A stretch of 60,960 bases of DNA, counting the filler, from Basidiobolus ranarum (taxonomy: Eukaryota), in assembly GCA_040143965.1 (NCBI GenBank). It is 6 parts of 6 records of this genome, joined end to end, with 100 filler letters (N's around TTAATTAATTAA, not from the genome) between each part and the next. Parts side by side here need not be neighbours in the genome. Positions count along the whole stretch, not along the records: positions 1 to 10,089 come from JASJQH010007617.1; positions 10,190 to 20,276 come from JASJQH010007618.1; 4 more parts are not named here. One strand, written 5' to 3'. Made by a program: the position numbers and the translations under genes. The notes beneath the pieces are model-generated. The model saw nothing but the letters and a program-made list of their open reading frames with translations, did no database searches and had not been told where the DNA came from. Shown here piece by piece: positions 1-12,298 of the stretch (position 1 is its first letter; each line of letters begins with the position of its first letter).

Positions 1-1
1 G

Positions 2-295
2 ATACAACAATACATTGCAATCACTATACTTGCTCTTCCTTTCGTTGCCCACGCTGCTGAGCCCAAACACTCCGACTTAGACGCTGGAGGTCTAGGCCTG
101 ACTATTCTCAAAACTTTGTTGAAAGCAGGGCTTCGTAAAGTCAACACAAAATCCGCTTGTCAAGCGTGCAAGGGCCTATGCAACAGAATCTTTTCTGGCT
201 CCACTAAAGACACCTGCAAGTATGAAGTTTGTGTTGGAACCATAGGTGGTGTTAATACTACTGAGAAGAAGCCATCTTGTGCGTTAATTAAATAA
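2..295 (+). CDS. Small secreted cysteine-rich cationic protein, 5'-truncated by the window or contig edge (97 aa visible)
   Basis: Manual translation of frame 2: IQQYIAITILALPFVAHA-AEPKHSDLDAGGLGLTILKTLLKAGLRKVNTKSACQACKGLCNRIFSGSTKDTCKYEVCVGTIGGVNTTEKKPSCALIK*. Signal-peptide-like stretch ending AHA, 6 Cys, TAA at 293-295, AATAAA downstream. Absent from the ORF track because no ATG is in the window. Confidence 0.7.
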   Translation: MQQYIAITILALPFVAHAAEPKHSDLDAGGLGLTILKTLLKAGLRKVNTKSACQACKGLCNRIFSGSTKDTCKYEVCVGTIGGVNTTEKKPSCALIK

Positions 296-1134
296 TTTGA
301 TGAGGCGATATTCAGAAGTCAAATATACTGTGGAAATATGTTTCTTCAATAAATAAAGTAGTCAACTATAACTTCATCTTCTATTACTTCGAATTCGTTG
401 ATTGTCATAGACTTGGAATAAATACCTTTTTGACATATTAAATATTTAAGTAATTGCACATTATCCCAGAGACAAGGTTCAACGAAGAAGAATAGTTGTA
501 GTAGAGCTGTCCTCAGAGTCCAAATAAAGCAGATAGGTATCCATTTGAGTCCATGTCAAGTATTCACCCTTGGAACAGTATACAAGGATTAAAAAATCTA
601 CGTAACACAGAAAACCCTTTTATAAGTGCAAATAATGTAACTTGACCTACAAGACTTACCAATATCATTACTCGCTAAATGAAAATTCTTTTATTATTAC
701 AAATGTAAAACGATCTGATTGCGAATTGAAACTTCAATCACATACAAATATCTTCACCATCCAAGTCAGTAAGCAAACGTAGTACTATCCTGAGCTGAGC
801 GACATTCCATGCTTACTAGTTGCACAATACCGGAATTCTTTTCCTTTTACTCTCTATCGGTGCGGGTATTATTAAGTGTCTATTTCTATACGTAGTAAAT
901 TTCGAAGAGTTGAACGGGATTGATGTGGATGAGTATTCCAGTTAACGTGAGAGTATAGCACTCAGTATGCTCGTTAATTCTATACATGTAATACAAATTA
1001 TATAAGAATTTATTTGTCAATCTGATTCACATGAGGACTTTAGAACTGAGGATTTAAGAGTTTATAAAAGCAGTTCATAGAACCCTCAATAGGTACACAT
1101 AAACTCACCTTCTCTAATCAACCCATTAAGAGAA

Positions 1135-1650
1135 ATGAAGAGCTGGACTATCCTTATTTGCTTAACCTTTCTACTCCTCCAAGTGATACTGGGTATTGCT
1201 GGCCAGGATGTCAACTATGTGCAGTGCACTGGTAGACCTCAAAAGCAAGTGAAACCCTCCTCTGTAAAGGTGGTATCAGGTAATGGTGACCTTCAAAAAA
1301 TGCTCGCTCTTGTTAATCAACAGCGTCAACAATATGGCATTAAGCCACTCAAACTCAACAACCGCTTGGTGCGTGCTGCCCAAAAGCATACTGACTACCA
1401 AGCTCGTGTTAACCAAATGACTCACGATGAACCTGGAAGACCTTTGGGCACTCGTATTTCTGAAACTGGATTCAATTGGAGAGCTATGGGAGAAAATGTT
1501 GCCAGAGGTTATACTAGCATCGATATTGTTATGCAAGGTTGGATGAACTCTGCTGGACATCGACGCAACATTCTTGATCCTCAGTTTACCTCTTTTGGCT
1601 CTGGTTACGTTGCCAATGGGAACTACTGGACCCAAGTATTTGGTGCTTAA
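1135..1650 (+). CDS. Secreted CAP/SCP (PR-1/YkwD-like) domain protein
   Basis: Signal peptide; CAP motifs LVNQQRQQYGIKPL, AAQKHT, GENVARG, WMNSAGHRRNIL, YWTQVFG; TATAAAA ~70 nt upstream; intronless. Confidence 0.93.
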   Translation: MKSWTILICLTFLLLQVILGIAGQDVNYVQCTGRPQKQVKPSSVKVVSGNGDLQKMLALVNQQRQQYGIKPLKLNNRLVRAAQKHTDYQARVNQMTHDEPGRPLGTRISETGFNWRAMGENVARGYTSIDIVMQGWMNSAGHRRNILDPQFTSFGSGYVANGNYWTQVFGA

Positions 1651-4600
1651 AATCACCTTTCTGAAGCAGCCAGTTGTCAATCAGAAGTAGGCATTCAGGA
1701 AATAATAAATTCGATATATTATCTCTACTATTTTGTTAAAGCTGGCGTAAAGTAATAAACTAAATGGAATTTATTCAAACAAATAGAAAATTTTGCTGGT
1801 CCTCTCCAAATATACGGATTTAACAAGAAACATTCCACTACCACCTAGTCATTAATATGATGAAGGATATTTTTGCATGCTGTGACTGGCTATGTAATTA
1901 GATGAGTTATCCTTTGAGATGAACCCCAAAGGAGTAATGTTGATTAAAATAGCTGTTTCAGATTCATATAGCAAAAGGTTTTTAACTTTGAAAGTGACAG
2001 GAAATATCGATATCGGCATCCAGATACTATCGCGATTGAGGATTTTCCAAAATTCCTCTCTCGTTCATATTTCAAAAATAAGCATGTAAATTCCCATATT
2101 TCTATAATATACAACAATCTCACAGAATTTTGATATTTCTATAACAATCCGATCGAACCAGATATCGATTCCATCAATCATGAGTTCTAAACTAGTTATT
2201 AAAGGAATAATGTGAAATGCCTGTAAAACCTTAATTCTTGGAGTGGTTTTTTTGGGAATGATTTCTTTCTGATGTTTCCGTTTAAATCCACTCCAATGAG
2301 CTAAATAGGAAACAAGCTTATCAGCACTAAGAGGTGAATGACTAAATTCAATTGTTAAAGTTATCGAAAAAGATAACATGGGTTCAATCGCTATTTTCAT
2401 AGGTCGAGGATGTTACCATGTCAGCCTTGTAGTAGGTAATGTCTTTTTAACTGGTCTGCTTATCGTCAATACTAAAACCACTCGAATATAGGCTTTTTTG
2501 GTTATAAAACTGGTCAGATTATGTAACTAAATGGGTTCTGTTGAGACTTCAGACTATCGAAATAATCGATAGATATATTAAGTCAGGAAGAATGAGTTAT
2601 TGGTCAAGGCATAAAATCCATTATGAAATCTAATAAAAGCCATATTGACAGACCACCAGAGAGACATAAAAATATTAGGAATTGTTAAAAAATACTCAAA
2701 TCTCTATGTTGACTGAGAACTCCAAACCGTACCTTCCTAAAGGATTTTGGTCCCACTGCTATACATTACTCAAGGTTAAACTGGGCTCTTGCTTCATTGC
2801 CGCAGTAATAGTTGGAAAAGATCCAGCTATGCAGGGTTAAAAAAATGATTACAGTTTGTGATAGTCACAAAGAAACTGGCTCAAAAATTTATACATATGT
2901 TTCCTGAAGGATGTATTGCATCGCTCCCAGAAACCATCGTGAGTAAAGGAAAATGACGCCGACCACCTGGTTAGATGTATCCAATCTGAGAAGAATGATA
3001 GTACGGTCACTTTACCAACCAAGTACTCAATTGTCATCTCCAGATTCTTTACACTCATTAAGCCTACTGTTATTCCAACTCACCAGCCACATTAGTTCGA
3101 TGGATTAAGCAACAAATTAGATGTGGTAAATCTTTCTACCAAGAGCTCATGTCAGTTTTATCAGGGCATTATATGCACTCCTTATTACCATGAAAGTAAT
3201 ACGGACAGACGAAGATGATAAGATAAGCAGAATCACCCAAGAGAGTGAACGCGTTCCTTTCTTATGCATGCCATAGGCACTTAATGCCCAATTTGATTTT
3301 TTCCTCTTCTCTATCTATGGATTTTGTTATTTCTTCTCCCTCATTCTGGTCAAGATTTATGTCATTCTTACTCCTCACCCTACTTAGTGGGGAACTTCTG
3401 CTCAATCGGCCAGTGAAATGCGTAAAAGATATTCGTTTATGGAACGCAGCTCTCACATCATCATTCATATCTCATGGTTTATTGCTTTCGTGGTGGGTTA
3501 AGACCGTTACTTATAACTATTCTTGGTAGTATATACAGCTGGCTTATCATCTTGATAGTGTTGATACTGCTAAGAATATTTTGTTGGAATATTATCAAAT
3601 GATCCTTATGTTGTTGCGTGCCGAATATTGATATTGAGAAACAATCTGACTCTGTGCAACATGAGAAAGCAATTACACGGTTCATTACTGTTGATAACTT
3701 ATCTTAGCCTACAAATAGTATTATCTCCAGAGATTCTCATAGTGGTGATGAATATAGTAATACAGTGATATTTCAAGTGGGTCAATGCCATCTATAGATA
3801 CAAGGAAGAAACCCTATGGTTAATAATGGCCAACGTTCTTGTAGAATTTAATTGAATAGCCATGTGTTTTATCTTATTGCCAATTTTCCGATCACAATAA
3901 ACTCTAATTTTACATGTATATTTTGCAGAAAATCCAAGCATATTTCTATGCGCTTGCTAGACTTAATCCTATTCTTTCCATATTCATGACAATATGTAGG
4001 TGGCATTGTTTGCTTAGATTACCCATTATCAGTACTGTTCTCACGTAAGCACCCTTATTGGTATCGGTATTCCTAGATAACGAATGTTCTTAGAATTCCT
4101 GGCAACCTATCAATAGGGCAGTCTTCGAACCTAATTAGTGAATCCAACACCTGACATTACATGGAGTTAAAATCCCGAATTTACATAGGATTATAATAGT
4201 ATTGTCGAATAGAAGTTGAATTATTCTTCAATTTGGAATTCCAAACTCTTGGGTGGCGATCATTGAATTTCATTGAGTGCTTATTTCAGAATTCAACGTC
4301 AATTTTTTATATTGTAGTGATTCTTAGTGAACCATGGTTTCTTCTATTGTACACAATCATTGGATATGCATTGAGTTCCAATTTTGTCACCGTCTCCACA
4401 ATAATGTAGCTTCACACTGCACTTGAGGAACATGGCGTTGGAACCAGTACATACAAATGATTCCCTTGCCAACTCATGTTGAGCTTCATACCTACACCTG
4501 ACGGTAACTATAGTTTCTGAATGAGGTTGTCCTCGCACAGCTTATGAATACTTCAATAAGTACTTCTCCCACTGAATTGGATTGAATTTTGCTCTCTGCA

Positions 4601-5943
4601 CATTGATTATACGATATTCCAACCAGGCTATGACTGAATCTTAAACGAGCAAAAGTAGTTGGCTTGAACTGTAGCGTTTAACCCATGGTCGACGTAAATC
4701 ATTTACAAATGTAACCAGGATTCTTGCTTTTTTAAAGACGGTTAATTTCAGCTTAAGCAATCGTAATAATCAATTTAGTAATTGAATCACACAGGCCTCA
4801 TCATGCATTTAGTCGGCCTACTATCTACTATAGGACAACATTCTGGTATATATATCAATCCTGGAATTTCTCGTCCTATTTTGAATCAATCTCGTATAGC
4901 AAGGATCATCAAAATATATAATTAAAAGTGGACATATATGGAATGCAGGAAATAAGACTGCATAATAAAATTTCATCTGCTTGATATTCGCTCATGAGTA
5001 CGTATCCCAATTTAATGAAACTTTGATTCACAAGGTCACAAGGATGTCGGAATTTATATACGTTAAATTGCAGAGCACAACGAATGGGATGGCGAGAGTC
5101 ACCAGAGTGATGGCTTTATACGAATCTGTAATACAGTGATTTACGCAATTATCGGATCACAGTCCTGGTCAAGGTGGTTCACACAATGATGTATCCGGTG
5201 TACTTTATGACTGTTACTCGCTATATTTGCGAAGATTTAAATGAAATGGCTTGAAATGATACTTCAACCGCTGTAGCTTCAGACACATTGGAGAGAGACT
5301 TTAGGATGAGTACACAAACTACGTGATTAAACTAGATCAATAGCATGTGCTTGGAGCTAGACCGTTCGGGATGTCAGTCACACTGAAGCCCTAAACAAAA
5401 CCTGTAACTTCCGATCGAAATAAAAGTAAAAGGACCATCAGTGACAAGATAAACAATCTTCAATTTCCTTTAACAAATTAACTCGCGCCCAAAAAGAAAT
5501 CTTTGACCATAAATGAAAGACTGCTGACGGATCATTGATCTCCTACTAACCACACTGTATTAAGGGAAATGGAGGTTCCGATCAATTCCGTGAACGATGC
5601 ATACTCTGTTTTTCTTTTGTCTCAGAACAAGTGTAATTGGTTGGTAGTATAGTGTAGACTGAAAGTGATCCATTTACATACTGCCATCTGAACACAGATG
5701 ACACAAAGTTTGCCAGAATGAATCAAACCACTATCACATACAGAGATATCATAGCAACATTGCTGATATACCGCCTCTAATATCCCAGATTCAATAGGAT
5801 CAATTCGGCCAGAATCACGTGTATGGTGAAGATACATTAGTTGATCGTTTCTTATGAGTTTCACATGGATTTTTGCTATTAAAGCTGAGCAGTGTCTGTG
5901 ATGAAGACAAATATCATGATTTCCTTCCGCCCTTCCATTACTC

Positions 5944-6886
5944 ATGTCTGACACTTTTTTCTCCTTGCATGAGACAGCCAAGACACAATTAAACTACTCC
6001 AACGGAATTCTCATTGTATATTGTGTGGTGTTCTGCCTGTATATTACCATATGCTATCGTTTGATGATGGAAGCGATTCGTGCTCACAAAGAGATTGTAT
6101 TGTACATCTGTACGGCGGCTAGTGTTATAGGGACATTGACCAGCATCTATATTCTCAGTCTCTTTTTTATATTTAATACTTCCTGCTCTCTACGGAGCCT
6201 ACTTTCGAATGTTGCCAGTGGAGTTGTCAGTGCTTGTACCCAGGGAGCCATTTGCATCTGGGTATACCGAGTTATCAAATGTAGGGCAATCCTTGTATTT
6301 GGATTCTTACTAAGTATCATTAAGTTTATACTTCTAATTCATAGTCTCGTTAGTGTTGCTCAATATTACCGAGTTGTTGGACTATGCACATTTCGGAATG
6401 GTCCGTTCCTACTCTATTACTCCATCCTTTTTGACAACTCTATCATTACATTCTTTTTGTTATACTTTCTTCTTACTTTACTTCGTCAACGTAAACTACT
6501 ACTCCGGGAAAAAGAGAGTATGCTTCCTGCCATTAACGATCCCGTTATTCGTCAGCTTCAGAAAACTCGCTCAGCTGCAAAGGTGGGGTTGTTGGCCCTG
6601 TTGTTCAATGTGTTTGCCACCATATGCATTGTAGTGATTATCATTCTTGCACCAGACGGGAAATTGGCAGTGGTTACTTTCCATCTTTGTTGTTAGTATT
6701 TGAACAGTTGAAAATGAAAATCAAGAATATGCGTACTAACTTTCAGATAAATTAATAGTGGGGCTCACATTTACATGTATTGCCAATAGCTTACTTCTCC
6801 TACTCCAACCGGTCGTTGAATCACGTCCAGAGCCATTTGATAATATTCCGAGCTTTGAAATGGGAGAAGAGTATTCCATTAAGTAA
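5944..6886 (+). CDS. Multi-pass (probably 7TM, GPCR-like) membrane protein; one predicted intron 6692-6746
   Basis: The 250-aa ORF has about 6 hydrophobic segments. Removing the GTTAGT...TACTAAC..CAG intron adds a seventh (KLIVGLTFTCIANSLLLLLQ) and a short tail ending in TAA at 6884-6886. Family not identifiable. Confidence 0.6.
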
Positions 6887-8357
6887 TTCGTCTTCATATA
6901 TCCCATACTCGATCCCATCTGTACATCACTCAATACAAATCAGTGGAATCTTTGAAAGATACCGAAACTGCGAATATATCTGAACCTTCCTAGACATTCA
7001 TCATCATGCGTAGCCACTCTAAACCACGTTGATAGCATGTGGACTTGATCAGTTCTCTAAGATCTGACCAATAGTAAGAGTTTCACACTAATCGATTGAC
7101 CTCAATGATTATATTTATATAGGTTGAATCATCAGTGCAATGACTTTGGGTGCATATTCATCGTAGCCAGCGCCAAGTGCTCCATAGCTATCTCATATTC
7201 TGCATCGAATGTGCTACTAATAAAATCCAAAACCAGACACTCCTCAGAGACAAATGTACTGTTTATTTCTAAATCCTCAGCATTCCAAGTAAGACGCACA
7301 TAACCAATCTAGAAGCATTCTAGATCTTCCAGGAAAGCTGGATGTCTCAAAATGGTAAAATCAAACCTGATTGGCTTTCAGCTAGGCTGATTTTCGATGA
7401 CATAGTTCTAACCAATTTAAGAGTCAACTTATAATATACTCCAGGTTCAATTCAATAACCAACACGATCTATCCACATTTAATGACTCATGATAAGCTAA
7501 CATGGGCAACAAAAGTTGCCCATTGCCTTAAAAGCTTATCAAGCCCCTGAGATTGCGTCATATTCGGAGCATATGTAAATCGGGATATAAGTGAATTAGA
7601 GTTATTTCAAAAAGTTCTATCCTGAAGTAAGGTTAATAATATGAAGTACTCAGCCCAAATCTCAACGCGAAGAACAGGTAATTTACATCGAGGCAATATT
7701 GATTCGGAAAGAGCAGAGAAAATGTTCACAAATTTTCGACCGTGACAGAAGAAAATCCATCGAAGCTCATAACGCGCTATGACGACGATTAGAAACGACG
7801 GACAGTAATTCCAAAGTATGTCTAAATAATTGGAGAATTTCTATCCATTATTACGACGCGAGCAGAATTACACCTTCTGTAAGATATTTGGGATGGTTTA
7901 CTTTTAGACACATTGTTGTGTATGCTCATTTTTCTTTTTAAGATAGTTGGAAGGTTAAAACGGTTAATTTGAAGCTTCTATCCAGTTGTGCGTTCTGTTG
8001 TATTACCTAGCCTTGCACTAAAAAGAAATTCTAACAACTCTAAACCACATGATTCAATCACATACCAATTTCATGTACTAACCTAGGCAGAAAATATAAT
8101 GAAGATAAATAAAAATGATTTTGTTTTCAGAATCTCCTGATCGAAAAAGAGGTTCCGATTTTAGCAATGGCGTAGTTATGGTGAGGCAAGTTGGAGTACC
8201 ACATAATCAGCCAGTTTGATGGACAATCCAAATCAGTTGAATTCTCAGCCTAGGGGAGTTAAGGTCAAGATATAAAATGACTTCAGAATGATTTAAGACT
8301 GTATATACCACGCTAATAGCTGTGCACTTACTCATACTCCTCTGATCCAAACCTCTA

Positions 8358-9054
8358 ATGGCCAAAATTGCTAGTCAACAAACATGCTGCATCTGTATTA
8401 ATCTTCGAACCGGATGCTTGATTCTGACAATCTATCAAATGGTAAGTATTCAAGGATTTTCCTTCCAGCAGCTAGATATACTAACATAGGACTCAAGTTG
8501 ATGGGAGCAGTTGCGTGTATACTTTCGGTAATGGCACTTATGGTGATATCCGACTCTACAACCAATAATAGTGATCAATATTCAAGAGAAGTTCTCTGGA
8601 CCGTCTCCGTGGTGCTATTAGTTGCCTCAATGATCGAGTTCGCAGTCGGTTTAATAGGTGTTATAGGAGTCGCTAAGGTACTTTTAAACATATGGATTCC
8701 AAAACCTCGAAACGTATTAACCAACCCCTTAAATTAGAGCAAACCCAACGTCTTGCTGGTTTACTTGATCTTTGATATGCTTTCCATTCTTTGCACAGTT
8801 GGTGCGATTATAATATCGTTAATGAATCAAGACACCCGATCAACTATCCAGTCCGTTGTCATGGTACCATTTTAGCTTGATCTCTTATATATACACATGT
8901 CTTTTAATAACGCACTTTTCTCTAGGTGTTGTTTCAAATCTACTTTTTCTGGTCAATCTTCCGTTATAGAAAGGAAATCCTCACTGCAAGACTGAACCCT
9001 AATGCAGTTCAATTCCAGAGATTAGATGGAGTTCAAAAAGATCCGTTAGTTTGA
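8358..9054 (+). CDS. Small 4-TM membrane protein with N-terminal CCxCxxLRTG motif (LAPTM/Mtp- or tetraspanin-like topology); 4 exons
   Basis: Spliced translation MAKIASQQTCCICINLRTGCLILTIYQM|GLKLMGAVACIL...IGVAK|SKPNVLLVYLIFD...QSVVM|VLFQIYFFWSIFRY...DPLV*, with three canonical GT-AG introns. Confidence 0.75.
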
Positions 9055-9868
9055 TGGAGAGGAATGAGAATTTTGTGAAATCCATTCGCTAATTATACAT
9101 ATTCATAATATCCATATTACATATATGTAATGTTTCGGTTTGAATAAAACAATTTGGCATTAAAATGTAGTTTTATGTGAGTTTTTATCGAGAACTTGGT
9201 GCATGACCGAGTAGTTAGGATTTTCGAATAACATCTCTAGAATCCACGCTTCTCTAGATTACTAGAAAAGTAAGTAAACAGGATGTGGTCAGTCTTAGGC
9301 TAAGAGTAAACAAATAATACATAGTGAATAAACATAGCACCTCAAGAACACCCAGCTTCATCGGTAAAAAAAGATTGAACAGGTTTGAGATCAGCGTAAA
9401 TATATAATCTAAATTGAAGGTATAAGATTATATTCAGACTTGAAGCATGTGTGGATTTGATTACATACAAGTTGGAAGGTGATTCCTTCAGGTTCCTAAC
9501 TTTTTAATAAGCCACCACACACTACGTCGGTCTATACATCTGCTAAACTACAGGTCAACAAATATTAGTCTAGTTTCATATTATTTAAAGGGTTTGTGCA
9601 TGGATTTCATACTAAATTGATTTACAGGCTAAGCCTGAACAAATGATCATATCGATAAAACAACGGGCTTATACCACTACGGACATTTTCCTCTATAGGT
9701 CACCATACAAAATTCTATTCAGCCACGGCTGGTTTGTGAATAGTGAAGTTGTTATAAAAGGGCCACTATCATTGTTTTCGAAATGTAAGTTTAGATTTTT
9801 ATGACTACTGCTAATCCATTAATCTCTGACGAACCCCTAAACTATTCAAGCCTTTTACCAAGCGAAGT

Positions 9869-10089
9869 ATGTTCGAAGTTGCGACCAGATCAACTTGCTG
9901 CGGATGTATCGACCTAAAGTTTGGGTCATGCATGTTGTCAGCCTTGCAAATGGTATTTTTACACATATGAAAAAAGATGCATTTTCTAGATAACTATAAC
10001 TTTACTTCACACTCCTACTCAGACTGATGGAGCACTAAGTGCTCTTCTCTTTGGGCCACCATTAGCATTAGCATTTGGAGATGAACATT
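9869..10089 (+). pseudogene. Tandem paralog of the 8358 4-TM gene, probably degenerate; cut by the contig end
   Basis: Exon 1 MFEVATRSTCCGCIDLKFGSCMLSALQM ends at the same intron position (GT at 9953). Exon-2 homology (LRLM-ALSALLF) needs a 1-nt frameshift, and no clean acceptor AG lies at the equivalent site. Confidence 0.55.
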
Positions 10090-10189
10090 NNNNNNNNNNN
10101 NNNNNNNNNNNNNNNNNNNNNNNNNNNNNNNNNTTAATTAATTAANNNNNNNNNNNNNNNNNNNNNNNNNNNNNNNNNNNNNNNNNNNN
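10090..10189. other. Artificial contig spacer (44N-TTAATTAATTAA-44N)
   Basis: Identical 100-nt spacer with stop codons in all six frames, repeated five times in the window. Confidence 0.97.
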
Positions 10190-11446
10190 TTGAAAATGTT
10201 TCTAATTGGGATTTCTTGATAATCCACAAACCAATGTTTTTCTTTTATGGAATGTTGAGAGGCTCCAGAATCAATATACCACATCTGAGGATCCTTGTTG
10301 GTAGTCATAGATAGAGCAGATATTAACAAGTCATATTCTGTTGTAACCACATTTTCAGATTCAGTATGTTTTTCTTCTTTTGCAATTCTTTTAAAGTAAT
10401 CTTTGCTTAAATGGCCAGTTCTTTTACAGTAATGACCAAATGTGGCACTTTTCTTCTTCAAGTGCTTTTGATCCTTATAGAAAGGTTTCCCATAGCCTAT
10501 TGGAGTATTTTCTTCATTCTTTTAGTTGGATCCTAATTTGTGTAAATCTTCATCCAGAAGTCTGCCAAATACATAATTTAAGGTCAAATTTTCAATTCTT
10601 GATTCTAGAGCCATTACTAAGCTCTGAAACCTGTGTGGCAGGCTATTCAGGACTATAACTATGATATTTTGATCAGTAGTAGGTACTCCAATGCATTCCA
10701 TTTATTCCACTAAACTAGTGACTCTATTAATTAGTAATTTAATGTCTTCTCCTGGCTTCATCTTTAAGTTAAACCATTGCCTTCTTAGAAGCATCTTGTT
10801 GGTAGCAGAACATGTTTGATAGGTGTCTTCCAGGGCTTTCTATATGTTTTAGGCAGTTTTAGCCATTGATAATTGAATTAGCAATTTGTTATTTTTTAAC
10901 CTGGAGTAAAACTTTGGTTTCAGATAGTTTTTTAATTCTTTCTTCTCTTACAATAGTGTTGCAAAGTCCTTTTTCTTGCAGCAGCATTTTCATTTTCTAA
11001 ACTTGATGATTGGTTCCATCCAACTTTTCAGAAGAGGAAAAGTTCCAAAAATTTGAGAAGTAGATATTACAGAGAGTGCAAGCGTGGAGCTCATAATCTG
11101 TGAAAGTATTTGGGAGCCTGTTGGAAGTGTTTTGGACAATTAGTGAAATTGGTGGTTTTCACTTGTTTATTTATTGAGTAGAAAGTTGGCATTTATAATC
11201 TTTTCAAGATGCAAGCAAGCTAGCATGTAGAGTGTGTTAAGGAAGGTCCCAGGAACATGTGTGCAGAGTTTGGGGCTTCTAGCACAAGTTTGAAGCATCT
11301 ATATATCTGAGAACTTCTAAGTTGGTAAAAATATTCTATGTAAATTCTAATTGTGAATAATGGGTAATATCTTGGTGAAATGTGAGATAACTCAGTACTA
11401 AGCTATATATGACTATGTAGGTACTTAGGCAAAGCTAATTTCAACA
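10190..11446 (-). mobile_element. Degenerate Ty1/copia LTR retrotransposon (family A), 5' part: LTR 11099-11446, PBS, gag, zinc knuckle, protease
   Basis: Minus-strand TG...CA LTR followed by GATTATGAGCTC (degenerate PBS). Translation includes HYCKRTGHLSKDYF (decayed knuckle) and WYIDSGASQH (copia aspartic protease). Many stops and frameshifts. Confidence 0.92.
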
Positions 11447-11985
11447 ATTTTGATATATATATATATATGTATGCTTTTAACAGAGGAAAACAACATGTAT
11501 CCTTGGATCTTATTTCTGCTCATGTAAATTTTCTGACTCAACATTTGGTAAATTACAAAAATTAAGGACAAAAGTATCAATTATGATGGATCAAAAATCA
11601 TATAATATCAGTTTTTTTTATGTAATCAGTAGTAGTTGCCAATAAAGGTAAACACATTATATGGAAAATTTTGATAAATTGGTGGACTACATCCCATTTT
11701 ATTAGTATACCTAAATAGTGAACAATTTTCATGATTACTATATATAAAGTTGAATAATTAAGGAATGCATGGAGAGTACCTGCATGCAAAAAAAAGAACA
11801 TAGTTATCAATGCTTAGTTATTTGAGGAGAGTTCAGATATATGTTTGGTCCAAACCCAATTTTGTAATATTACATTAAAATTTACAAATCATGGTTCTAT
11901 TGCTATAGCTTTTCAGCTGGAGCTATAACTATTGCATCCTAGCTTTGGTTTGAAAACTCAATCTCTCACTGTCAGCAGTTACTAT

Positions 11986-12298
11986 TGTTGAAATTAGCAT
12001 TGCCTAAGCACTTATATAGTAATATATAGTTAGTATTTAGCTATTCTATATTGAACTAAGATATTACCCATCATTGGAATTTACTGAGAAGTTCTCAGAT
12101 ATATAGACTTTTCAAAGCAGCCCCAAACTTTGCACACATTTTACTGGGACCTTCCTTAACATATTCTACACGTCAGCTTGTTTACATGTTGACAAAACTA
12201 TTAATGTCACCTGAAAACTCAATAGATCAATAAGTGAAAACCACCAACTTCTCTAGTTCTCCAAACCATTTCCAACAGGTGCCCAAAATACTTCAACA
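11986..12298 (+). mobile_element. Solo LTR of copia family A
   Basis: TGTTGAAATTAGCATTGCCTAAG...AAAATACTTCAACA, homologous to the LTRs at 11099, 22436 and 22827. No PBS follows. Flanks ACTAT/ACCAC may be a decayed 5-bp TSD. Confidence 0.88.

Noticed and set aside
2700-3700. Short minus-strand ORFs that could be a pseudogene
   Set aside because: No recognisable motif or consistent splice pattern.
7502-7523. 9-bp hairpin ATGGGCAAC-AAAA-GTTGCCCAT
   Set aside because: Isolated and without context; compatible with chance.
10134-10145. Recurrent TTAATTAATTAA palindrome at ~10-kb spacing as a biological repeat
   Set aside because: It is always centred in 44N+44N, so it is a synthetic linker.
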